A program made the position numbers and the translations under genes. A DNA stretch of 64,000 bases, taken from Candidatus Hodarchaeota archaeon (GTDB lineage: Archaea; Asgardarchaeota; Lokiarchaeia; Sigyniarchaeales; SOKP01). Below the pieces are notes generated by a model, which saw only the letters and a list, made by a program, of their open reading frames with translations, made no database searches and was not told the DNA's origin. Location: contig JBHLKM010000002.1 of NCBI GenBank assembly GCA_048886685.1, forward strand, positions 231,532-295,531, in the 5' to 3' direction. Shown here one piece after another: positions 9,628 to 17,949 of the stretch (position 1 is the stretch's first letter; each line of letters starts with the position of its first letter).

Positions 9628-10101
9628 ATGGACAACTATAATTATAAAATTGTTGCTTTTGCTTGTTTAAAATGAGGTTATAGCGCAGCGGATTTAGCAG
9701 GTGTTTCACGAATGAAATACCCTTCTTCCATAAAAATAATTAAAGTTCGTTGTACAGGAAGAGTAGATTTGAAACATATACTTTATAGCATTAAATCTGG
9801 GGCGGATGGTGTAATGCTTGCTGGTTGAAGACCCAGTGAATGCCAGTATAAAAACGGTAATTTCACGGCTAATAAACATGTCGAATTCGCAAATAGAATT
9901 TTAGAATCTAGAGGCTTCGGAAATCAAAGAATTAACATGTATTGGTTAAGTGGAGCAGAGTCAGAAAAATTTGTAAGAAGTGTAGAAGATGCTTTAGAAA
10001 AGGTAAAATCTGTTGGACCAAGCCCAATTAATTTAGTAAAACAAGAAGCAGAAATAGAAGCTAAAGAAACAAAACAAGCTATAACTACCCCTGCAGAATG
10101 A
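9628..10101 (+). CDS. mvhD: Selenocysteine-containing hydrogenase delta subunit MvhD/VhuD (157 aa, 2 Sec)
   Basis: MDNYNYKIVAFACLK*GYSAADLAGVSRMKYP...VRCTGRVD...GADGVMLAG*RPSECQY. TGA 9673 and 9826 align to the Cys of CNWC and GCH in the paralogs. GGAGGTG RBS upstream. Entirely missing from the ORF track. Confidence 0.93.
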
Positions 10102-10146
10102 ATCTTATAAAAAACTTTAGTTATAGGATGACTTACCTTGCGAGGG
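10088..10146 (+). ncRNA. Eukaryote-type SECIS element (cis-acting mRNA structure)
   Basis: AUGA (10098-10101), 9-bp stem AUCUUAUAA/UUAUAGGAU, loop AAAACUUUAG, then GA (10130-10131); lower stem CCCUGCAG/UUGCG-A-GGG. Confidence 0.85.
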
Positions 10147-10217
10147 AAGGGGTCTTAAAATAGTATTCAATTAAAATAAAAAATTTGTTAAATGGAAAAA
10201 TCCAAAAGGATGAGAAT

Positions 10218-11714
10218 ATGGTTCAAATTTCAAATAATGTATCTTTCAATGGAATATCCCCAAAAAATCTAATGGATGCAACATATAAAGCCATTAAAAA
10301 TTTTCAAATTCGAGCGTTCTTCGAAGCTAAAGATGAAATTTTAGAAATAGGTAAATATTCTGAAGAAGAATTTTATAAAATATTAGATGCCATGATAGAT
10401 GCTGAAACAGAGCGTAAATTAGTACTGGAGTCTTTAAGGGGTAAGGAACCGTTATTTTTAGAGGAAATTGCAAAAATTCTAAAAGACTTTCCGGCAGAAC
10501 ATGTAATTCGTGATATAATTTACCTAAAAGAACAGGGATATATTGAAGAACATATTGAAATAAAAACTAAAATAGTTATCAAGAAAATAAAGGGAGAAGA
10601 AAAAGAAGTCGAGGAACAAGAATATTTCTACAGATATCAAGTAAAAGATATACCCGAGGATTTCATTGAACATTTTTTTGAACCTGTCTCTATTGTCTTC
10701 GATTCTGAAGTATGCTGTCAATGTGGTTGGTGTTCATCTATTTGTCCTGTAAATGCCATTACAGTCACAGCAGATACTTTAGAGATCGATGATGAGACTT
10801 GTATGAAATGTGGGATCTGTTATTCTGTTTGCCCGAGATCATTTTCAATTGAACAAGCGGGTAAAAGCATAAATAAGCTTGATAAATCTTTAAAATTCTC
10901 AGAAAAAATTAATGGTTATATTAATACCTATTCTGCCTCCACCACTAAAAATGAAATTAAAAAAGTTCGACAAGATGGGGGAATTGTTACTTCTTTACTT
11001 GAATACTTACTCAAGAATAAATTAGTTGATGCAATTATAGCTGTAAAACATTCAAAGGACCTATGGAAACCAGAGCCAGTAATAGTAGAAGATGTTAAAG
11101 ATTTATACAAAACAAGTGGTACTAAATACGCTAATGCCTCAACTTTAAATATCATTGATGAAACGAAAAAGTACGAAAACATAGCAGTCGTAGGAGTTCC
11201 TTGTATGATGAATGCATTAAAAAAAGGGTATTTATTTCCAAGCGGACAACCTTTTTTCAAAAACATTAGCTATAGAATAGGGCTTTTCTGCATGGAATCT
11301 TTTCCCTATGAAGGAGTGCTTAAATTAATTAAAGATCAATTTGATAAAGATTTTAATAAAGTTACTAAAATGGATATAAGTGGGGGTAAATTTATTATAT
11401 ATTTAGATTCGGGTGAGGATTTAAGAGTACCCTTAAACGATGTTAAATCCTATGCACGCCATAATTGTCATTTTTGTGAGGATTTGACTGCCGATTATGC
11501 TGATATTTCTGTAGGATCGATTGGGTCTCCTAGTGGTTGGTCTACAGTAATTACGCGAAATGAAAAAGGTGATAAAATCTATAAAGACGCAATTAAAGCA
11601 GGATTAATTGAATCTAAAAGCTTAAAGGAGGTAAAACCAGGACAACCCTTATTAGAAAGGATTGCTGGTACAAAAAGAAAAAATTGTAAACCCATTAAAT
11701 TGGGACAAGAATAA
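10218..11714 (+). CDS. FrhB-family F420-binding subunit with N-terminal winged-HTH-like domain and 2x[4Fe-4S]
   Basis: CCQCGWCSSICP, CMKCGICYSVCP, QDGGIVT, SGTKY, VGVPC, IGLFCMESF, CHFCEDLTADYADISVGSIGS. ATG 10218 is preferred to TTG 10185. Confidence 0.85.
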   Translation: MVQISNNVSFNGISPKNLMDATYKAIKNFQIRAFFEAKDEILEIGKYSEEEFYKILDAMIDAETERKLVLESLRGKEPLFLEEIAKILKDFPAEHVIRDIIYLKEQGYIEEHIEIKTKIVIKKIKGEEKEVEEQEYFYRYQVKDIPEDFIEHFFEPVSIVFDSEVCCQCGWCSSICPVNAITVTADTLEIDDETCMKCGICYSVCPRSFSIEQAGKSINKLDKSLKFSEKINGYINTYSASTTKNEIKKVRQDGGIVTSLLEYLLKNKLVDAIIAVKHSKDLWKPEPVIVEDVKDLYKTSGTKYANASTLNIIDETKKYENIAVVGVPCMMNALKKGYLFPSGQPFFKNISYRIGLFCMESFPYEGVLKLIKDQFDKDFNKVTKMDISGGKFIIYLDSGEDLRVPLNDVKSYARHNCHFCEDLTADYADISVGSIGSPSGWSTVITRNEKGDKIYKDAIKAGLIESKSLKEVKPGQPLLERIAGTKRKNCKPIKLGQE

Positions 11715-11732
11715 TAATAACAAAGAATTATT

Positions 11733-12833
11733 ATGAGTGTAAAATCTTTTCAAAATTTAATAAAAGAAGTTCATGAGAAAGGAATTTGTCAAGAATGCGG
11801 AGGTTGCGTAAGTTTTTGTAGTTCGGTTGATTATAATGTTATAGGATTTAAAGAACCTTACTCACCTCCAGAATATATTAATAAAGATGCGTGTCTTGAA
11901 TGTGGTATTTGTTATTATCTATGTCCTCAAACTCACATATTAGACGATGAACTTAATAAAACTTATAAATTTATAGATTTTAAATCAATGCCACTTGGTT
12001 ATTTCGAAGACATATATTCTTGCCAATCCACTGATCCTGATTTTCTAAAATATGGAACTGATGGTGGAGTAGTGAATTCAATAATTAATTATATGTTAGA
12101 AAAGAAATTAATTGATGGAGCAATAGTTGCTAAAATTCAGGGTCCTTTTTCAAAAGAAGCTATGTTTGCTGGTGATAAAAAAGATTTAATTAAAGGTTCT
12201 GGGACAAAACTTGAAATATCGACACAGTTAGATGAGATACAGAATTTTTGTACGTATACTCGCTCCATCCCAGAATTAAACCGTTACAAATTTAAAAAAT
12301 TAGCAATAGTAGGGACGCCCTGTCAAATTTATACCATCAGGTGTATGCAAAATTTAGGGGTTACTCCTTCAGAATATATAGAAATATGTTTAGGATTATT
12401 TTGTTATCATAATTTCCTTTTTGATAAAGCTCAAATAGAAAAATTTGAAAAAGACTTTGATGTAAAATTTGAAGATATCACAAAAATAAACATTAAGGAA
12501 GATCTTATTTTAAAAATTGGCACAGATGGGAGAGTAGTACATATTCCCTTCGATAAAATAGTAGATTATGTACGTCCCGCTTGCTTTAGTTGTGCTGATT
12601 TCACCAATGTGTATTCAGACATTTCTTTTGGAGGACTTGGATCTCCAGATAAGTATACTACAGTAATTCCCCGTACTGAAAAAGGACGTAAATTATTTCA
12701 TAAAGTTCTGGATGATCAACTTATCAAAAAATTAGTACTTGATGCTCCTGAAAAAAGTAAAATGAAAGAACGAATAACAAAATTCTCTCATTCGAAAATG
12801 GAGAGGGAACTAAGTTTTGTAAAAAATTTATAG
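11733..12833 (+). CDS. FrhB-family F420 hydrogenase/dehydrogenase beta subunit
   Basis: CQECGGCVSFC, CLECGICYYLCP, TDGGVV, VGTPCQ, LGLFC, CFSCADFTNVYSDISFGGLGS. Confidence 0.85.
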   Translation: MSVKSFQNLIKEVHEKGICQECGGCVSFCSSVDYNVIGFKEPYSPPEYINKDACLECGICYYLCPQTHILDDELNKTYKFIDFKSMPLGYFEDIYSCQSTDPDFLKYGTDGGVVNSIINYMLEKKLIDGAIVAKIQGPFSKEAMFAGDKKDLIKGSGTKLEISTQLDEIQNFCTYTRSIPELNRYKFKKLAIVGTPCQIYTIRCMQNLGVTPSEYIEICLGLFCYHNFLFDKAQIEKFEKDFDVKFEDITKINIKEDLILKIGTDGRVVHIPFDKIVDYVRPACFSCADFTNVYSDISFGGLGSPDKYTTVIPRTEKGRKLFHKVLDDQLIKKLVLDAPEKSKMKERITKFSHSKMERELSFVKNL

Positions 12834-12840
12834 TAAGGGT

Positions 12841-14097
12841 GTGAGATATCTGACCGAGTTGAAACAACCCAGTAAAAGTGATCAAGAAACTGATGAAATT
12901 CAAGTTTTTTTAGATAAAATATATGAAACTGATTTAAGACATTTATTGAAAAAATGTTATCAATGCGCACGATGCTCAGGTGTATGTCAAATTAGTAAGG
13001 TTCAGAAATTTACACCTAGTAGGATCATCCAAATGATTTTGGAGGGATTTGAAGACGAAATAATTGATAATGGAGTATTATGGGAATGTTTGACCTGTAA
13101 TAGTTGTCTCCAAGACTGTCCTAAAAATATAAATTTTGCAGATATTGCTCGGATTCTAAGATATAAAATGAGAAATAAGGGTATTCATAACCTTGAGAGA
13201 GCGGTTGCTCATAAAGGAATTTATCCTACAATGGGTGAATTGATGAGTCAAGATTATATTAATATCAATCGTCCTTTAGATTGGATCCCTAAAGGTTGTA
13301 AGATTGCAGATAAAGGTGAAATCTTATATTACGTTGGATGTTTGCCATTTTTCGATTATGATTTTCAGAATCTCAAGCCTATCTCATCAAGTACTTTAAA
13401 AACTATATGTAAAATTGAAAATGAACCAATTGTCGTACTTAAAGAAGAGACTTGTTGTGGACATGATTTATATTGGGGGCAAGGAAAATTTGAAGTTTTT
13501 ATTGAGTTAGCTAAGAAAAATCGAGAAAAATTTGAAAAAGCAGGCATATCAACAATAATTACTGCTTGTGCGGAATGCTACAGAACATTCAAGGTTGATT
13601 ATGCGAATTTATTTGATGATTTCAATAAAAGGTTTGATGTTCAACATATTATTGAATATGTATATGATAAGTGGAAACAAGGGAAGATCGATTTTAAAAA
13701 ACCTAATGAAAAATATAAGAAAACCACTTTTACGTTTCACGATCCCTGTAGATTAAGTAGATTTTTACCAACAGAAAACAACCTGGTAAAGAATTTAAGA
13801 GAAATTTTTAATTATCTACAGAATTTGGGGTATAATTTTAAAGAAATGAAACATAATCAAGAAAATTCCCTATGCTGCGGAGTTAGTTCTTGGTTAAATT
13901 GTAATGAGCGCTCTAAAGCATTGCGATACACCCGAATCTTAGAGGCAAAAGAGGTTGCTACTCAAGTATATACATCTTGTCCTAAATGTAACGTTCATTT
14001 GAATTGTATTAAAAAAGATTATGAGGATATTTCTTCGGTAGAAATTTCAGATCTTTCAGAATTTCTCGCAGATATAATAAAAATTGTAAAAAGTTAG
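12841..14097 (+). CDS. HdrD/GlpC-like Fe-S oxidoreductase (4Fe-4S dicluster plus two CCG domains)
   Basis: CYQCARCSGVC, CLTCNSCLQDCP, ETCCG, TACAEC, FHDPCRLSR, LCCG, TSCPKC. Confidence 0.85.
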   Translation: MRYLTELKQPSKSDQETDEIQVFLDKIYETDLRHLLKKCYQCARCSGVCQISKVQKFTPSRIIQMILEGFEDEIIDNGVLWECLTCNSCLQDCPKNINFADIARILRYKMRNKGIHNLERAVAHKGIYPTMGELMSQDYININRPLDWIPKGCKIADKGEILYYVGCLPFFDYDFQNLKPISSSTLKTICKIENEPIVVLKEETCCGHDLYWGQGKFEVFIELAKKNREKFEKAGISTIITACAECYRTFKVDYANLFDDFNKRFDVQHIIEYVYDKWKQGKIDFKKPNEKYKKTTFTFHDPCRLSRFLPTENNLVKNLREIFNYLQNLGYNFKEMKHNQENSLCCGVSSWLNCNERSKALRYTRILEAKEVATQVYTSCPKCNVHLNCIKKDYEDISSVEISDLSEFLADIIKIVKS

Positions 14098-14120
14098 AAA
14101 ATTGAGGAGATAATAAAATC

Positions 14121-17100
14121 ATGGAAGGATCTGTGTTAGTAATTGGAGGAGGTATTGCAGGGATCCAAGCTTCTTTAGATTTAACGGAGATGGGATTTAA
14201 AGTTTATCTAGTAGAAAAAACTCCTTCTATTGGAGGTAGAATGGCTCAACTCGATAAAACATTTCCTACTTTAGATTGTAGTTTATGCATATTGGCACCT
14301 AAAATGGTTGAAGTTTTCAGAAATCCTAATATCGAACTAATGACTTATCATGAAGTTAAAGAGGTTACTGGTAAAGCTGGAGATTTTAAGGTTACTGTTC
14401 TTAAGAGACCTCGTTTTGTTGATGAGACAAAATGCAAAGGATGTGGGGATTGTACCACTAGATGCCCAAAGATCGAAGCCCCAAATATTTTTGACATGAA
14501 TCTGGGAAAAAGAAAATCAATATACATCCCATTTCCTCAAGCAGTTCCACCAGTTTATTTGATTGATCCTGATATGTGTTTAAAATTGACGAGGGATGTA
14601 TGTGGTGTCTGTGAAAAAGTTTGTGAAGCAAAAGCTATAGATTTCACACAAAAAACTCAAGAAATTCAAATAAGTGTTGGAGCGATAGTAGTTGCTACTG
14701 GATTTGATATGGCTAGAGATGGTTTATCATCAAGATGGGGCATTGATTATGATAATGTAGTGACTGCATTAGAGTATGAAAGAATTCTATGTGCTTCTGG
14801 ACCATTTGGGGGGCATGTTTTACGCCCGAGTGATAAGGAAGAGCCAGAAAAGATAGCATTTATTCAATGTGCTGGATCAAGAGACTTGCATGAAAGAATT
14901 CCCTATTGTTCCAGCGTATGTTGTATGTATACGAGTAAAGAAGCCATAATCACTAAGGAACACTCTGATCAGTCACAATGTTTTGTTTTTAGACATGATA
15001 TTAGAGCCTATGGGAAAAATTTCTATGAATTTACCCAGAGAGCCCAAAATGAATATGGTGTGAATTATTTTCACACTAAAATTAGTAAGATTAAAGAAGA
15101 TCCTGAGAATAATGATCTGATTATACACTATGAAGATTTACAATCAGGTTTACTTAATAATTTTCGAGCAAATTTAGTCGTCTTGGCAACACCCTTGGTC
15201 CCTTCTAAGGGAACTGAAGAATTAGCAAAGATTTTAGATATCGAATTAGATGACTATAACTTTTTTAAGGAGAAATCACATTTTACTAAATCGAGATCCT
15301 CGAAAAAAGGTATTTTTTTAGCAGGATTTTGCCAAGGACCTATGGATATACCTGAAACTGTGGCTGATGCCAGTGGAGTGGCTTCCCAAGTAGCAGTTCT
15401 ACTTAGTTCCGTTAAATTTACTGAGACCAAAGAAAAAATAATAGAAGTGCCAGAAAAAGAGGTAAAAATAACAGATGACCCGAGAATTGGGGTACTAATT
15501 TGTCATTGTGGAATTAACATAGGAAAATATATCGATATTCCAAAAGTTATTGAATATATAAAGAATTTGCCTAATGTGGTTTTTTGTGAAGATAATTTGT
15601 ATTCTTGCAGTTCCGATTCTCAAGAAAGAATTAAGGAAGTAATAAACGAATTTAATTTAAATAGGTTTGTTGTAGCATCGTGTACTCCACGAACTCATGA
15701 ATCCTTATTCCAAGAGACCTGTCAAGAAGCAGGATTGAATAAATACTTGTTTCAAATGGCTAACATTAGGGACCAGTGTTCTTGGGTTCATATGGAACAA
15801 CCAGAAGAAGCTACGCAAAAAGCAAAAGATCTAATTGAAATGGCTGTTGCTAAATCCAGATTATTTAAACCCCAAGAAGAACAGACATTATCCATGACTC
15901 CCAAAGCATTAATTATTGGTGGGGGTATATCTGGAATGACTGCCGCGTTAAATATTGCTAATCAAGGATTTAATGTCTACCTTATAGAAAAAGAGAACAG
16001 GTTAGGGGGATTATTAAATGATTTATATCTCTTATATCCCACTCAAGAAGATTCTTCAACATTTTTAAAGAGGATAATAGAAGATACTACCAAAAATAAA
16101 AACATCCAGATATGTTTAGAATCAAAAGTAAAAGATGTTAAAGGATATATAGGTAATTATGATATCTCCATTGTTAACTCCAAAAAAGAAATTACCGAAT
16201 TTAAAGTGGGTGTTATTATTGTTGCTACTGGGGGAAAAGAATTAAAACCTATTGGATATCCGCAATATAATGATAAAAATCAAAATGTAATAACTCAATT
16301 AGAACTGGAACGGAAATTAAAAGCTGAAGATTTATCATGGCTTGACAAGATCAAACGCATTACGACTATCTTGTGTGTTAGAGCTAGAGAAGTAAAAGGA
16401 ATTACATATTGTTCAAATGTGTGTTGTGCAATATCTATTAAAAACTTAAATATTCTTAAGGAATTAAAGCCAGATCTTGAAATAATTGTTCTTTACAGAG
16501 ATTTTCAAATGGCCAAAAAAGAATTTGAAGAATATTTCTTTGATAGAAGGAAGGATGCAATTCTTCTGAGATATAATTTAAATAAACCACCAGATATTAA
16601 AAAAATTGGTAATAAACCCGAGAAATATGGAATAAAGGTATTCGATACTAATTTACAAGATGATATCAATTTTGAAACAGATATGATTATCTTATCTCCT
16701 CCTATGAGTCCTCCAGAAAATTCAGAAGAATTAGCAAAAATGCTTAAAGTACCTTTAGACCATCAAGGCTTTTTCTTAGAAGCTCATGCTAAATTAAGAC
16801 CTGTAGATTTCGCAACAGATGGAGTATTTTTATGTGGATGTGCCCATTGGCCAAAACATATTCAAGAATCAATTACTCAGGCAAATGGAGCAGCAGGAAG
16901 AGCAAGCAGATTTTTGAGTTCAGAAGATATTATTGCATCGGGTTTAGTATCAGAGGTGGATGATGAATTATGTATCGGATGTGGTGTTTGCGTGAAACTT
17001 TGTCCTTATAATGCAATATCGAAGAATGAACAAGAGGTAGCGGTTGTTAACAAACTCATGTGCAAAGGATGTGGAGTTTGTGGTGCTAGTTGTCCTGAAA

Positions 17101-17171
17101 ATGCGATAACTGTACATCATTTTACAGACGACCAAATCTTATCAGAAATTATTGTATACGGAGGAGATTAA
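14121..17171 (+). CDS. hdrA: Large (two-module) HdrA-like FAD/Fe-S protein
   Basis: VIGGGIAG, GGRMAQLDKTFPT, YCSSVCC, RIGVLICHCG, second IIGGGISG, C-terminal ferredoxin. Confidence 0.88.
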   Translation: MEGSVLVIGGGIAGIQASLDLTEMGFKVYLVEKTPSIGGRMAQLDKTFPTLDCSLCILAPKMVEVFRNPNIELMTYHEVKEVTGKAGDFKVTVLKRPRFVDETKCKGCGDCTTRCPKIEAPNIFDMNLGKRKSIYIPFPQAVPPVYLIDPDMCLKLTRDVCGVCEKVCEAKAIDFTQKTQEIQISVGAIVVATGFDMARDGLSSRWGIDYDNVVTALEYERILCASGPFGGHVLRPSDKEEPEKIAFIQCAGSRDLHERIPYCSSVCCMYTSKEAIITKEHSDQSQCFVFRHDIRAYGKNFYEFTQRAQNEYGVNYFHTKISKIKEDPENNDLIIHYEDLQSGLLNNFRANLVVLATPLVPSKGTEELAKILDIELDDYNFFKEKSHFTKSRSSKKGIFLAGFCQGPMDIPETVADASGVASQVAVLLSSVKFTETKEKIIEVPEKEVKITDDPRIGVLICHCGINIGKYIDIPKVIEYIKNLPNVVFCEDNLYSCSSDSQERIKEVINEFNLNRFVVASCTPRTHESLFQETCQEAGLNKYLFQMANIRDQCSWVHMEQPEEATQKAKDLIEMAVAKSRLFKPQEEQTLSMTPKALIIGGGISGMTAALNIANQGFNVYLIEKENRLGGLLNDLYLLYPTQEDSSTFLKRIIEDTTKNKNIQICLESKVKDVKGYIGNYDISIVNSKKEITEFKVGVIIVATGGKELKPIGYPQYNDKNQNVITQLELERKLKAEDLSWLDKIKRITTILCVRAREVKGITYCSNVCCAISIKNLNILKELKPDLEIIVLYRDFQMAKKEFEEYFFDRRKDAILLRYNLNKPPDIKKIGNKPEKYGIKVFDTNLQDDINFETDMIILSPPMSPPENSEELAKMLKVPLDHQGFFLEAHAKLRPVDFATDGVFLCGCAHWPKHIQESITQANGAAGRASRFLSSEDIIASGLVSEVDDELCIGCGVCVKLCPYNAISKNEQEVAVVNKLMCKGCGVCGASCPENAITVHHFTDDQILSEIIVYGGD

Positions 17172-17175
17172 TTAT

Positions 17176-17949
17176 ATGAATTTCACCCCAAAAATTTTAG
17201 GATTTTTATGTAATTGGTGCTCTTATGCTGGAGCAGATCTTGCTGGGGTAAGTCGAATTCAATACTCTCCTAATATTAGGATAGTAAGGGTTATGTGCAG
17301 TGGAAGAGTTGATCCTATATTTATTGCTGAAGCACTCTCAAGAAATATTGATGGAGTACTTGTTTTAGGATGTCATCCTGGAGACTGCCATTATATCAGC
17401 GGTAATTATGAAGCAGAGATAAAAATGAAGATGCTAACTAAATTATTGAAAATAATTGGGTTTTCTGAACGTTTAAGGTTGGATTGGGTTTCTGCTGCTG
17501 AAGGAAATAGATTTGCTCAACTAGTAAATGAATTTACTGAGCATATTAAAAATTTGGGTCCAAATCTGGTTAGAGACAAAAAATTAAAAAATAAATTAAT
17601 ATCCGATTTTGATGCTATAAAATCTGTATTGAAAGATTCAAGACTTAGAATTCTAGTTGGTAGAGAAAGAAAAATCATTAATGAAGGTAATGCATATAAC
17701 GAGAAAATCCCATTAGAGAAATTTGAACAAATTCTTGACGATGCCATTCAGAATGAATTTGAACGTCATAAAATATTACAAATAATTTCTGAAAATGGTA
17801 AATCCGTACCAGAAATCTCTAAAGAAGTTCAACTTCCCCCAAATAATGTGCTAAATCATATTGTTTCCTTAAGACAAAGAGGGTTGGTCGATTTACACGA
17901 GCTGAATGAAGAAATACCCCTATTTATATCAATTAACGAGGGCAAATAA
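17176..17949 (+). CDS. mvhD: MvhD (Cys form) fused to a C-terminal winged-HTH-like domain
   Basis: FLCNWCSYAGADLAG, VMCSGRVD, GCHPGDCHY plus about 120 extra residues; ATG 17176 follows GGAGGAG. Confidence 0.85.
   Translation: MNFTPKILGFLCNWCSYAGADLAGVSRIQYSPNIRIVRVMCSGRVDPIFIAEALSRNIDGVLVLGCHPGDCHYISGNYEAEIKMKMLTKLLKIIGFSERLRLDWVSAAEGNRFAQLVNEFTEHIKNLGPNLVRDKKLKNKLISDFDAIKSVLKDSRLRILVGRERKIINEGNAYNEKIPLEKFEQILDDAIQNEFERHKILQIISENGKSVPEISKEVQLPPNNVLNHIVSLRQRGLVDLHELNEEIPLFISINEGK

Noticed and set aside
7681-10101. hdrA and mvhD as pseudogenes, or genome-wide TGA reassignment
   Set aside because: All six interruptions are TGA at conserved Cys positions and a SECIS follows. TGA still acts as a normal stop elsewhere (HEAT gene 2500, ADH 35717, thiolase 53084, moxR 57271), and Trp is encoded by TGG.
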